Positions 9,365-19,439 are shown, numbered from the stretch's first letter. The stretch: 41,109 nt of DNA from Gammaproteobacteria bacterium (GCA_009841725.1 VYGS01000046.1:31780-72888), one strand, 5' to 3'. Numbers and translations: made by a program. The notes: generated from the sequence alone by a model not told the origin.

Positions 9365-10924
9365 CTATTCCTTCCTGAACATTCTGAGCATGCGCTGGGT
9401 TACCAGAAACCCGCCCGCAACATTGATGGATGCCAAGGTAACGGCCACGATTGCGAGCCAGACTGCAAGCTGGCTGGAGGCGTCGACCTGTAGCATCGCC
9501 CCGATCAGGATAATGCCGCTGATCGCATTGGTCACGCTCATCAACGGCGTGTGCAACGCGGGGGTGACGTTCCAGATCACCTGCCAGCCGATGAAGCAGG
9601 CCAGCACGAACACCGTGAAGTGCGTCATGAACGATGCGGGCGCGACCGAGCCGACCGCAAGAATCAGGGCGGTCCCCATGCCCAGGCCGATCAGCGTGGA
9701 AAGCGTGCGGTTCCGGGGAGGTTCGACGGCCCCCTCCGCAACGGATGGTTCCGGGGCCGGCGCGGGAGCCGCGGCCGTGGGTTCGATCGGTGGAGGGGGC
9801 CACAGGATTTCTCCACGCTTCACGACGGCGCTGCCCCGGACAATGTCGTCCTCGAGGTCAAGCACCAGATTCCCGTCCTTCCCGGGAGTGAGGTCGGACA
9901 GCAGGTGGAAGATGTTGGCGGCGTACAGCGTGCTCGCCTGGTTTGCCATCCGGCTGGTCAGGTCGGTATACCCGATGATGGTCACGCCGTTTTCGCATAC
10001 CACCTCATCGGGGACGGTGAGTTCGCAATTGCCGCCCTGCTGTGCGGCAAGATCGACGATCACGCTTCCCGTGCGCATGGAACGCACCATCTCCGCCGTG
10101 ATCAGCTTCGGCGCCGGCCTGCCCGGAATCAGGGCAGTCGTGATAATGATATCGACCTCCCGGGCCTGTTCCGCGAACAGGGCCATCTCGGCCTCGATGA
10201 ACGCATCGCTCATGACCTTGGCGTAGCCTCCCTGGCCTCCGCCTTCCTCCTCGAATTCCAGATCCAGGAATTCGGCATTCATGCTCTCGATCTGGTCCTT
10301 GACTTCGGGACGCGTGTCGAAGGCCCGGACAATCGCCCCGAGGCTGACCGCCGCGCCGATCGCCGACAGTCCTGCGACCCCCGCGCCGATCACCAGCACC
10401 TTGGCCGGGGCAATCTTGCCGGCGGCGGTGATCTGTCCGGTAAAGAATCGGCCGAAATGATTGCCTGCCTCGAGCACCGCCCGATAGCCGGCGATATTGG
10501 CCATGGACGACAGCACGTCCATTTTCTGTGCGCGCGAAATCCGGGGAATCGCATCAAGCGCGAGAACCGTGCCGCCCGTTCCGGCAATCTCCGCGGTCAT
10601 CTCCTCGCGCTGAGCGGGCTCATACAGGCAGATCAACGTCTTGCCATCGCGAATCCGTGTGGATTCGTGGCAATCCATTTCCGGATGCATTCCGGGAGGC
10701 TGAATCTTGCAGACGATATCCGAGCGGTCCCATAACGACCGTGCATCGGGGCACACCTCGGCTCCGGCCTTCGCATACTCCGGGTCCGAAAAGCCGGCCG
10801 ATTCCCCCGCACCGGTCTCGATCAGCACCGCATAACCCAGTCCGCTGATCCGCCTGGCCTCCGAAGGCGTACAGGCAACCCGCTTCTCGTTGACCGTGAC
10901 TTCTTTTGGAATACCTACAATCAC
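9365..10924 (-). CDS. pntA: NAD(P)+ transhydrogenase subunit alpha (unsplit)
   Basis: GIPKE...[50 protein letters not shown]; GTG start at 10924. Confidence 0.97.
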   Translation of the reverse strand: MIVGIPKEVTVNEKRVACTPSEARRISGLGYAVLIETGAGESAGFSDPEYAKAGAEVCPDARSLWDRSDIVCKIQPPGMHPEMDCHESTRIRDGKTLICLYEPAQREEMTAEIAGTGGTVLALDAIPRISRAQKMDVLSSMANIAGYRAVLEAGNHFGRFFTGQITAAGKIAPAKVLVIGAGVAGLSAIGAAVSLGAIVRAFDTRPEVKDQIESMNAEFLDLEFEEEGGGQGGYAKVMSDAFIEAEMALFAEQAREVDIIITTALIPGRPAPKLITAEMVRSMRTGSVIVDLAAQQGGNCELTVPDEVVCENGVTIIGYTDLTSRMANQASTLYAANIFHLLSDLTPGKDGNLVLDLEDDIVRGSAVVKRGEILWPPPPIEPTAAAPAPAPEPSVAEGAVEPPRNRTLSTLIGLGMGTALILAVGSVAPASFMTHFTVFVLACFIGWQVIWNVTPALHTPLMSVTNAISGIILIGAMLQVDASSQLAVWLAIVAVTLASINVAGGFLVTQRMLRMFRKE

Positions 10925-11050
10925 GAATATCTCACCACTGATTTCGCAAAGTGACAAGTTAAAGCAAACCGTCAATTCTAACAATACTTATTTCTTTATT
11001 GCATAATCAGTGCTCCTTATTGATTTTGTGAAGGAAGCAACCACCGTGAA

Positions 11051-12586
11051 ATGCCAGCGCAGCGCAGGGGGCGGGCCATGCTGAAGCGTGCCTACGGCGC
11101 GACGGTCTTTCTCTCGGCAGCCATGCTCATGGTGCTCGAGATCACGGCCGGCCGCATCATTGCGCCCTATGTCGGCAATTCCCTGTACAGCTGGACCTCC
11201 GTGATCGGCATCGTGCTGGCCGGGCTGTCTTTCGGCAACTGGCTCGGCGGATGGCTTGCGGACCGCAACCACGGCCATCTCACACTCGGGATCACGCTCG
11301 GCCTGGGTGCGCTCGCATCGCTCCTGGTCCTGGCCCTGCTTCCCGCCTTCGGCACGCTGCTGCAGGGCCGAACGCTCAGCCTGGCCTGGACCAGCATACT
11401 GCTGGTTCTCGGCCTGTTTCTGCTGCCTTCCATTCTGCTCGGGGTCATCTCCCCCCTGGCCACCACCCTCTATCTGAAGATCGACGACAGCGTCGGCCGT
11501 GCGGTCGGCCTGCTGCATGCGCTCGCCGCCACGGGCAGCATCTTCGGCACGTTTGCCGCCGGATTCCTGTTCATCCAGTGGATCGGCACACGCTGGACCG
11601 TCATTCTGGTCGCCGCCGTGCTCCTGCTGCTGGCCGTGCCCTGGCTCCTTCGCGGCAGGCATCGGACCGCCATCCTGACATCCCTGCTTGGAGCCGGGGC
11701 CGTGATCACGGCGATTGCCGGGCATGTCGACGGATTTGCAAGCCCGTGCGACGAGGAAAGCCGCTATTACTGCCTGCGGGTAGTCGAGGAAGCGGACGGG
11801 AACGGCGAGGCCTGGGCCCGCTCTCTGGTCATCGACCATATGCGCCACGGCACCAATGTACTGAATGACACACAAGCCTTGTGGACGCCCTACATTCACG
11901 GAATGGATACCCTCGTCGAGGCCCGGTTCCCGCACGGAAAGCACCTCCGGTACTTCTTTGTCGGCGGAGGCGCCTATACCCATCCCCGCGCCCTCGCCGA
12001 CCGCACGCCGCGGCCGGAGATCGTGGTCAGCGAGATCGACCCCGCCGTCACCGGAATCTCGGAATCCATGCTTGATCTCGATGCCTCGGGCATGACCATC
12101 CATCATACCGATTCGCGATATGCCCTTTCCCTCTACGACGGGGGACACTTCGATGTCATCGTGCTGGACGCCTTCCACGACGTCGGCATCCCGCACCATC
12201 TGGTCACGCGGGAATTCAACGACAATGTCAGGCAAAGGCTCGCCGACAACGGGTTGTACCTGATCAACGCGATCGACCGGTTCCCCGACAGCGCACTGAT
12301 CCGTTCGATGCTCACCACCCTTGAAGAGAGTTTCGAGCATGTCGGGGTATGGATCGAGCGCCCGGAGGACGGCCAGGACCGGCTGACCTACATCGTGTGC
12401 GCTTCCCGCACGCCGCTTCCTTTCGCGTCGATCGCGTCCGCCCACGGCCTGCCCAGGACATGGTACGACATCAGCGAGTTCGTCGAACAGCAGCGCGAGC
12501 AGCACGGGGCCGTCGTCCTGACCGATGACTATGCTCCTGTCGAACGGCTGATCAGCGTCCTGTTCACGAGTCCCGAGCAGATCTAG
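11051..12586 (+). CDS. Fused membrane domain / spermidine-synthase-like SAM-dependent methyltransferase
   Basis: N-terminal TM block (LEITAGRIIAPYVGNSLYSWTSVIG), VGGGAYT, EIDPAV, VIVLDAF, HLVTREF, terminal LTDDYAPVE. Start 11051 or 11078. Confidence 0.85.
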   Translation: MPAQRRGRAMLKRAYGATVFLSAAMLMVLEITAGRIIAPYVGNSLYSWTSVIGIVLAGLSFGNWLGGWLADRNHGHLTLGITLGLGALASLLVLALLPAFGTLLQGRTLSLAWTSILLVLGLFLLPSILLGVISPLATTLYLKIDDSVGRAVGLLHALAATGSIFGTFAAGFLFIQWIGTRWTVILVAAVLLLLAVPWLLRGRHRTAILTSLLGAGAVITAIAGHVDGFASPCDEESRYYCLRVVEEADGNGEAWARSLVIDHMRHGTNVLNDTQALWTPYIHGMDTLVEARFPHGKHLRYFFVGGGAYTHPRALADRTPRPEIVVSEIDPAVTGISESMLDLDASGMTIHHTDSRYALSLYDGGHFDVIVLDAFHDVGIPHHLVTREFNDNVRQRLADNGLYLINAIDRFPDSALIRSMLTTLEESFEHVGVWIERPEDGQDRLTYIVCASRTPLPFASIASAHGLPRTWYDISEFVEQQREQHGAVVLTDDYAPVERLISVLFTSPEQI

Positions 12587-12595
12587 AGAAACCCG

Positions 12596-13744
12596 TCAAC
12601 TCACGGCACGGGACGAATCCGAAGCGGCGGGGGCGCAGGCGGCCTCGAAACGCTCCCTGGCGTGCCCGCTCTCCATCGCTCGCCGGGACATGTTTGCGGC
12701 CCGCTCCCACGACTCGGCCAGGCCGGTATGGACCAGGGCAATCGAGGCTCCGTAGACCAGGCTGTCGAACATCGGTCCCGGCAAGCCGGCAAGCGCCTCC
12801 CGGCCCTGCTCCACGGTGGCCGACACCGCCGGCGACAGGGCTTCGGTGCGATTGAATCCGGTGCGGCCGAATCCCTCCAGCAGGGCGTCGTCGATCGGAA
12901 TCATGCGCTGCCGGCGTTCGATACCCAGCGAAAACGGGGACAGCCTGCGCATTTCAAGGCCGGAATCGTCGCTAAAGGCGAAGCATCTCGAAACCTGGCT
13001 CAGGGAGGGGATGCACCCGCCTTCGACGCCCTTGACCAGGACCATCGACTGGAATCCGGCATGGCGGGCCAGCGATTCGTAGACCGGCGGGTAGGCCTTG
13101 TGCACATACCCGGTACACAGATGGGTCCGCAGTCTTCCGGAGAGGGGCTTGATCGCCACTTCCAGCGTCGAGATCAGCGAGCGCTTGACCATCTTGTCGC
13201 GCAATGGGCACAGATCATGCAGTTCGGGCAGATACCGGTCCTGATCCAGGTATGCCCATCCGACACGGGGGTCGTCCAGCTGTCCGGCGGCCCGCGCCGG
13301 CGACAGGTCGACCGGCAATCCCGCCGCCTGAAGAACCTGATGCCCGGTGATGCCGTATTTCGGCCCCGCCTGCCGCATGCCGTGGAGACAGACGGGCAAG
13401 CCGCAGGCCGCGAGCACCGCGGGCAGGAAGGGCGTGGCCGGCAGGCCCCTGACAAATCCGTTGAACGGATCGGCCAGCAGCATCACGTCCCCGGCCTGCG
13501 CGGTTGCGCTCCGGCAACGCCCGGCGATCGCTTCCAGCACTCCGAGATTCTCGTCATCGGTTTCGCGTTTCATGCGCAGCGCGATCAGGAATATGGCCAC
13601 CTGCACCGGATCGATCTCGTTGTTGAGGATCATGTCGAACCCGTCCCGGGCCTGATCACGGGAAAGCGGCTTGCTCAACTCGGGGCCGGTCGCAATGCGT
13701 TGCAGGTAGGAGCGCATTCTCCTTTGGGGTGAATCAGTCGCCAT
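12596..13744 (-). CDS. Anthranilate phosphoribosyltransferase-like protein (glycosyltransferase family 3, TrpD2/YbiB-like)
   Basis: RIATGPELSK, QVAIFLIALRMKRET, GYVHKAYP, VKGVEG; lacks the GTGGD PRPP loop of true TrpD. Confidence 0.75.
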   Translation of the reverse strand: MATDSPQRRMRSYLQRIATGPELSKPLSRDQARDGFDMILNNEIDPVQVAIFLIALRMKRETDDENLGVLEAIAGRCRSATAQAGDVMLLADPFNGFVRGLPATPFLPAVLAACGLPVCLHGMRQAGPKYGITGHQVLQAAGLPVDLSPARAAGQLDDPRVGWAYLDQDRYLPELHDLCPLRDKMVKRSLISTLEVAIKPLSGRLRTHLCTGYVHKAYPPVYESLARHAGFQSMVLVKGVEGGCIPSLSQVSRCFAFSDDSGLEMRRLSPFSLGIERRQRMIPIDDALLEGFGRTGFNRTEALSPAVSATVEQGREALAGLPGPMFDSLVYGASIALVHTGLAESWERAANMSRRAMESGHARERFEAACAPAASDSSRAVS

Positions 13745-13933
13745 CGTTTCAGGGTCCAGGAATGAATATCGAATCCGGCGTCTCTGTCCCAAAAACGCAT
13801 CATCAAGGGAAACGTCAACAAGACACGTCCGCACATGCAGTCTTCAGGCCAGACGGGGACGTCCCTCATTGTAAATGGATTGCCGACGACACTGCAATCA
13901 CGGGAGGTCGCAAGTTCGCGGACCGGTGCTCTT

Positions 13934-13963
13934 TTGCAACGCCTGCCTTCGATGGATTAGAAT
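13934..13963 (+). promoter_or_regulatory. Candidate sigma70 promoter for the thioredoxin gene
   Basis: TTGCAA-18 bp-TAGAAT ending 33 bp before the ATG at 13997. Confidence 0.45.
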
Positions 13964-13996
13964 GGGGATTATCCTGACTTCTGGGTCGACTTTCCC

Positions 13997-15046
13997 ATGT
14001 ACAGAGTCTTTGTCGCATCGTTGTCTGCCTTGTTGCTGACGCTACAGCTTGTTCACTCGCCGGTATCTGCCCAGAGTTCGGAAACGGCAGAGGCGGGAGA
14101 GTTTTTCGGGGCCATCCAGACCACGCATCCGGACTGGTTCAAGGAAAGCTTCCTGGAATTCGAGGAGGATATCGACGAGGCGGCCGAGCAGGGAAAGCGG
14201 CTGGTCCTGTATTTCCATCAGGACGGATGCCCCTACTGCAATTTGCTTGTCGAGCACAATTTCAAGAATCCGGACATCCTGGATACGATGCAGGCAAATT
14301 TCGATCTGGTTGCCATCAACATGTGGGGGGACCGGGAGGTCGTTCAGGTTGGAGGACGGCCGTTTACCGAAAAAACCCTGGCTTCGGCCCTGAACGTCGA
14401 CTTCACCCCAACCCTCCTGTTTTTTTCCGAAAACCGCAAGGTGGTCTTCCGGCTCGACGGCTATCGCCCGCCCGAGGAATTCACGCATATCCTCGACTAC
14501 GTATCCGGGCGACTGGAAAATGAATTCACCTATTCGGAATATCTGGCATCGACAGGTCGAACCGACACCTCGTCACCGCTCGGGGAAGCGGGCTGGCCGA
14601 TGGCGGGGCTGACCGACCTGTCCCGGGCCGGGACGCGGCCACTGGCCGTGTTGTTCGAAGAGCCGGATTGCGAACCGTGCAACCTGTTGCATCACAAGAC
14701 ATTCAAGGATGAAAGCGCCGCGCCGATCCTGGAGCAGTTCAACATCGTGCGCTACAACCGGTGGTCCGACGACCGGGTCGTCCGGCCGGACGGCACCCCG
14801 TCCACGGTCAGGCAGTGGGCCCTGGACCTCGGGCTCGGATTTACTCCGGCGATCGTTCTGTATGACACCCGTGGAAACAAGGTGATCGCCCTGGACGCGA
14901 TGTTCAAGACCTTTCACGTGCTGGGCGCCTTCGAGTATGTCGCAAGCGGCGCCCACGAGCATGAACCGAGTTTCCAGAGATACCTGAGCGAGCGGGCCGA
15001 GCACATCAGGGCGACCGGGCAGGATGTCGACATCTGGCGTTACTGA
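13997..15046 (+). CDS. Periplasmic double thioredoxin-fold protein (SoxW-like)
   Basis: Signal peptide, PDWFKESFLEFEEDI, two CxxC motifs (GCPYC and DCEPC), FTPT and FTPA cis-Pro loops. Confidence 0.85.
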   Translation: MYRVFVASLSALLLTLQLVHSPVSAQSSETAEAGEFFGAIQTTHPDWFKESFLEFEEDIDEAAEQGKRLVLYFHQDGCPYCNLLVEHNFKNPDILDTMQANFDLVAINMWGDREVVQVGGRPFTEKTLASALNVDFTPTLLFFSENRKVVFRLDGYRPPEEFTHILDYVSGRLENEFTYSEYLASTGRTDTSSPLGEAGWPMAGLTDLSRAGTRPLAVLFEEPDCEPCNLLHHKTFKDESAAPILEQFNIVRYNRWSDDRVVRPDGTPSTVRQWALDLGLGFTPAIVLYDTRGNKVIALDAMFKTFHVLGAFEYVASGAHEHEPSFQRYLSERAEHIRATGQDVDIWRY

Positions 15047-15225
15047 ACCCGAAATCAGGCCAACGGAATTCCGGACAGCCCTACCCCATCCGGGCATGGT
15101 GCCGAATGTGCAAATCGGCGGGGTTACTGCTACAATTTTCATATAACCGTGCATGCGGGCGGGTTTGTCATGCGCTGGCGGCATGTTTCGCCCGCACCGG
15201 CAAAGAATTGAACGAGGTTCTGAAC

Positions 15226-15441
15226 ATGAAAACGATCGCCGCTTCCCTGATCACGCTTTTGCTGGTCGTCGGCAGCGGTAGTGCTGGCATCATCCCGGAT
15301 GAATCCGAGCCGTGTGCAGCCGATATCCGGGTATACCAGACTCAACCCGCCGCCGATGACGAGGCCGATGCCGGGGCCACCGGACAGGACAGTTCCGGAA
15401 CACCGACAGATCTCATACTGGATGAAGAACCAGAGTGCTGA
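15226..15441 (+). CDS. Small secreted acidic peptide (71 aa) ending in DEEPEC
   Basis: GAGG RBS before the ATG at 15226, Sec-type signal MKTIAASLITLLLVVGSGSA, candidate promoter GTGCAA-17-TACAAT at 15108-15136. Confidence 0.65.
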   Translation: MKTIAASLITLLLVVGSGSAGIIPDESEPCAADIRVYQTQPAADDEADAGATGQDSSGTPTDLILDEEPEC

Positions 15442-15674
15442 ACCGCCCGGCGCCTTCACATTGCAACAGGAAGACGGCTGCGCCGAAGCGGCTCAAGTCT
15501 CGGCCAAGCCATCCGCCCCCGGACGGTGCGGACACTCGCCCGGGCCTCGCGGAGCGATGGCCGGACTATCCTCTTGGGATATAGAGCCTCTCGCATGGTG
15601 ATACGATTTGCCGCCAATGGCATACGGTGAATTTGCTATACTGGTTTGCCAACATACTATTAGGAGGATAAATC

Positions 15675-16376
15675 ATGAAAAAATCCCTGATTCTTGTTGC
15701 ATCCACGCTGGCCCTCGGTTTGAGTTTCACCGCCCAAGCCGAAAACAAGCCGGTCGGCATCACCCCGGATCTGATGTCGGTGACCATCATGCACAACGGC
15801 CAGCCCGTTGAGGTCATGAGAAACCAGGACAACAACAATACGGTTCTTCCGGCGTATTCCCGCACATCCCGGCCCTGTCCTCCCTTCTGCATACAGCCGA
15901 TGACGCTGGCGCCCGGGGTGGAAACGCTGGGAGAAATCGAGGTTCTGGACTATGCGGCCAAGATGTCAGGCGGTGACTCCAGCATCCTTCTGGTCGACTC
16001 CAGAACCCCCGACTGGGTGGCCAAGGGCACCATTCCCGGAGCGATCAACATTCCGTGGACCGATCTGGTCCCCGCCAAGGGAGCCACCACCGAAGGCATC
16101 ACCAACATCATGAAGAAGCAGTTCAATGTGGTGGCCGCCGAGGATGCGGACGTGTTCGCCATCGACGAGGCGCTGGCCAACAACACGGTCTCCGAAGTGT
16201 TCGACTACTCCAATTGCAAGACGCTGGTCCTGTTCTGCAACGGGATGTGGTGCGGTCAGTCGCCCGCGAGCATCCAGACCCTGCTGAAATACGGCTATCC
16301 CGCCGAACGGATCAAATGGTACCGGGGCGGCATGCAGACTTGGGAAATACTGGGCCTGTCGACAGCCAAGCCCTGA
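15675..16376 (+). CDS. Periplasmic rhodanese / sulfurtransferase (SoxL-like)
   Basis: Strong RBS AGGAGG, signal peptide (AQA cleavage), SRPCPPFCIQP, VDSRTPDW, GTIPGAINIPW, active loop FCNGMWCGQS, WYRGGMQ. Confidence 0.88.
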   Translation: MKKSLILVASTLALGLSFTAQAENKPVGITPDLMSVTIMHNGQPVEVMRNQDNNNTVLPAYSRTSRPCPPFCIQPMTLAPGVETLGEIEVLDYAAKMSGGDSSILLVDSRTPDWVAKGTIPGAINIPWTDLVPAKGATTEGITNIMKKQFNVVAAEDADVFAIDEALANNTVSEVFDYSNCKTLVLFCNGMWCGQSPASIQTLLKYGYPAERIKWYRGGMQTWEILGLSTAKP

Positions 16377-16439
16377 CCGGATCCTGGCGGATACGGGGCA
16401 TCCGGACGGTGCCCCGCCCGCCATGTCGCGCCAACGGAA

Positions 16440-16501
16440 AGGCGGATTCCGTCATCGGGAATGCCGCCTGCCGGATGAAGCCGTACCCTTCGGGGTGCGG
16501 C
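16440..16501. terminator. Two hairpins between convergent genes; probable bidirectional terminator
   Basis: AGGCGGATTCC...GGAATGCCGCCT (16440-16469) and GCCGTACCC-TTCG-GGGTGCGGC (16480-16501, cUUCGg tetraloop). Confidence 0.55.
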
Positions 16502-16503
16502 CC

Positions 16504-17250
16504 TTATCTTGAAATGGTCACGACGGTCCCGTAATCCGGCAATTGATCCGGATTGTCGAGGTACAGTCTGAGCGCACCGCTCATCGCGCGCACCTCCACG
16601 CGGCGGACCATGGCGTCTGCGGTGTTGCCCGACATGTCGGTCAGCCGGACCGTCTCGCCGGATACCGGCATGGGCCCGTCCTGTCCGCCGAGCGGGATCT
16701 CGAGCACCTTCACCCCGGCACCGAAAAGTATCTGCGCTGCCGGATCCGCTTCGGGAACCACGCGCTCTCCCCTGCTTGCCGAGCTGTCCAGCAGGACTCC
16801 CGCTTCGGGAGCCGTGATCCGGCTGGATTCGAGCTCGTGCTTGCGCAATGCCAGCATGGCGGCACGGAGATCGACGGCATGGACCCGTTCGCGTCTCGTG
16901 CTCTCCGACTCCTCCAGTTCGCTGAGCGACAGGGACCCCTCGTCATACAGCTCGACATCCCTGTCGTAGGCCCTGTCGGCCTGTTCAAGCCTTGCCTCGG
17001 CAGATTCAAGGCCGGATTCCGCCGCCTTTACCGCCGCCGACAGGTGCGCGTCCTCCAGTTTCAGCAATACCGTTCCCTGTTCGACCCGGTCTCCCTGCCG
17101 GTGGGGAATGGAATGGATTTCCCCGCTGATTCCCACGCCCAGCCGATAGATTCGCTCATGGGAGACCCGTCCAGCCATGTCGCCGAAGACGGGTGCCGCC
17201 ACCAGCAACGAAATGCTGGTGAGAAGGAGAAATACAGGATTCTTGTTCAT
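16504..17250 (-). CDS. Efflux periplasmic adaptor (membrane fusion protein), short form
   Basis: Lipoyl-like halves (SGEIHSI...GDRVEQGTVLLKL and ITAPEAGVL) flanking a coiled coil; cleavable-looking signal peptide. Confidence 0.8.
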   Translation of the reverse strand: MNKNPVFLLLTSISLLVAAPVFGDMAGRVSHERIYRLGVGISGEIHSIPHRQGDRVEQGTVLLKLEDAHLSAAVKAAESGLESAEARLEQADRAYDRDVELYDEGSLSLSELEESESTRRERVHAVDLRAAMLALRKHELESSRITAPEAGVLLDSSASRGERVVPEADPAAQILFGAGVKVLEIPLGGQDGPMPVSGETVRLTDMSGNTADAMVRRVEVRAMSGALRLYLDNPDQLPDYGTVVTISR

Positions 17251-17270
17251 GCTGATGATCGGTCTATGGT

Positions 17271-18590
17271 TCAGGTTTCGTCGGCTCCAAGCAGTGTCCC
17301 GCCCGCCAGCGCATCCAGCTGCTCCCAGATCAGGACCCTTTCATACTCGGTCCTGATCACACGGTGAAGCGCCTTGGCCACATTCAGATTGCCCGCACCG
17401 ATACTGGCCCGGTAATCCAGTTCATATTCCAGCCGGATCCGGTCGAGCTCGCGTTCACGGTAGTCCAGTTCCGTCGCGGCGGCGTTTGCCTCGGTCCGGT
17501 TGCTGCCCAGTTGCTGGACGAGATCGAGCACCTTCATTCGCAACACGTGCTCGATCGAGCCCAGGGCGGCCTTGTTCCGCTCAACCTCCGCAGCCGCCTC
17601 CGCGATGTCGGCATCCCGGCTGACGCCCGGATAGATCGGTATCCTGAGAAACGCCGAGGCCCGAAGGTCGTCACGGCTGCCGGGATAGCTTTCCGAATAG
17701 CCGGTGGCTTCAAGCTGAAGCCCCAGGGTCGGCCGAACCATCCTGGCCGCTTCCAGGCGTTTGCGGCTCGATTCAACGTTCAGGCGGGCAGCACGGATTT
17801 CCGGGGCATGGTCCAGAATCCGTGCCAGGATTTCATCATAGTCGGGAACAGGCCGGTCATAGGCCGAGGTATCCGGCTCGACCATCTGGTCCGGATAGGC
17901 ATCGGGACGGTTCAGTACCAATGCAAGCCGAAGACGGCTCTTGCGCCGTTTCTGGCCCACCACCATGCGGACCGCAAACTTGTCGAGATAGAGCGTCTCG
18001 AGCTCGCCCACTTCGATCGGGTTGGCATCTTCGAACCGTTCCATTCTCTCGAGTTTGCGGTCGTAGCGCAGGAAGGCCAGGGTCATGTCTTCGTCCGCAA
18101 CGATGTAGGCGTAATCCGACAGGATCACCTCCAGAAATGCACGAATGACGTTGAGCCGGTTGTCCGTCCGGATCCGGCGGTGTTGTTCCCGGGCCGCATC
18201 CAGGCCGAGACCGGCACCGTCCAGGCGCGTCCGGGTCAGGCCGAAATCGGCCAGCGGCTTGCTGATGATCAACCGCATGCGGCTGTCATCGATAAAATCC
18301 GTCCTGGAAGGGATGTGCCGGTCGGATTGCCGGACTTCGGCCTCGACATGGGCCCTGAGGGAATGGGCCGCACTGATCGACAGGAGCGAGGCTTCCGCCG
18401 ACCGGATTGCTGCCTGCGCCGCCATCACGTCCGGATAGTTGTCGTCCAGCATCCGGAGAGCCTGCTCCAGGGTCAGGACATCGGGAAACGGCACCGGCCC
18501 GTCGGTTTGCGCGTGCCCGGCTCCAAAGAGCATGGCCAGAACAAGGGCTGCTCCGGCCCACCTAAATCGGCGACTCGATCTTCCTGACAT
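17271..18590 (-). CDS. TolC-family outer membrane efflux protein
   Basis: Signal peptide, LTLEQAL...YPDV, two internal repeats (KPLADFG and RIPIYPG), helical coiled-coil pattern, about 440 aa. Confidence 0.85.
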   Translation of the reverse strand: MSGRSSRRFRWAGAALVLAMLFGAGHAQTDGPVPFPDVLTLEQALRMLDDNYPDVMAAQAAIRSAEASLLSISAAHSLRAHVEAEVRQSDRHIPSRTDFIDDSRMRLIISKPLADFGLTRTRLDGAGLGLDAAREQHRRIRTDNRLNVIRAFLEVILSDYAYIVADEDMTLAFLRYDRKLERMERFEDANPIEVGELETLYLDKFAVRMVVGQKRRKSRLRLALVLNRPDAYPDQMVEPDTSAYDRPVPDYDEILARILDHAPEIRAARLNVESSRKRLEAARMVRPTLGLQLEATGYSESYPGSRDDLRASAFLRIPIYPGVSRDADIAEAAAEVERNKAALGSIEHVLRMKVLDLVQQLGSNRTEANAAATELDYRERELDRIRLEYELDYRASIGAGNLNVAKALHRVIRTEYERVLIWEQLDALAGGTLLGADET

Positions 18591-18635
18591 CAATTCCGGT
18601 ATCCGCGAAACCCCGACGCCAACCTGTCTCCTGCC

Positions 18636-19187
18636 TCAGGATTTGGCGTTGTGCTCTCGGCGATACTTGCTAAACTTCATGTCCCGGTATTTCTCCTGGA
18701 TGACGTACTCTCCCAGCAGAATGAAGTCATCGGCATTCTTGAGCGCCCCGGTATAACGGGTGATCAGCTCGCCGTCCGGGCTGAAAAAGGCGAACACGGG
18801 CGTTGCCCGAACCCGCATGGCCTTCAGTGCGAACTGGCTCTCCTCAACCTCGTTTCCATCGAAATCGACCACCATCAGGTCGCCTTCCGCATCCAGGGCA
18901 ATCACCCGGAAGTTGTCCTCGTAGAATGCCTGGACTGAAGCCCGGTTCAGCACCTGCTTTTTCATTCTCTCGCACCATGGACAGTCCTTGGTCTCGAACA
19001 TGACCAGAAGCGCGGCCTTCTCCTCGTCCCGGATGATCTCCAGCTCTTCCTGAAGATCCCCGAACGAGGGATCAAAAAAGTCCTCGGGATTGACCAGAAC
19101 ATCCTCGGCGACAGCGCTTCCCGAGAGCACGAACAATATGGCGAGCAACCGACTCACGACGCTCGCGACACGACGGTATGCGTTCAT
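18636..19187 (-). CDS. Periplasmic thioredoxin (SoxW family)
   Basis: GAGGAGG RBS, signal peptide, FFDPSFGDLQEEL, DCPWCERMK, RVRATPVFAFF. Confidence 0.85.
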   Translation of the reverse strand: MNAYRRVASVVSRLLAILFVLSGSAVAEDVLVNPEDFFDPSFGDLQEELEIIRDEEKAALLVMFETKDCPWCERMKKQVLNRASVQAFYEDNFRVIALDAEGDLMVVDFDGNEVEESQFALKAMRVRATPVFAFFSPDGELITRYTGALKNADDFILLGEYVIQEKYRDMKFSKYRREHNAKS

Positions 19188-19439
19188 GTCCACCCTCCTC
19201 GAATCAGTGTTGTGCCAACTATCTCCATACGGATATGATGCACTCCGACAGGGAAGCACACCCCCTTGCCATGAATGCCCCACACCACGGAAACCGGATC
19301 CTGCCGATCATGCGAACCGCCCGGTTCCGTTTTCGAAAAGATGGCCGACTTCGGACATTATATACCCTTGGGGCCCGATATGCGGGCTCTTGCAGGAAAG
19401 CCGCGGAACCCTTTCCCGGTTTCGGCCGTTGGCGGCCGG

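Noticed and set aside
7751-9493. Long alternative-frame and antisense ORFs (e.g. 7751-9493, 10988-12505, 24955-26577, 35158-37341, 37963-39453)
   Set aside because: Shadows of well-supported genes, expected in GC-rich DNA; no recognisable motifs
15439-15500. Selenocysteine read-through at the peptide's TGA
   Set aside because: No convincing SECIS-like hairpin or meaningful downstream reading frame
15567-15582. CsoR/CstR-like operator (TATCC-N5-GGATA), with a similar half-site near 19360
   Set aside because: Only partial matches to the C-tract/G-tract consensus, and no such regulator gene in the window
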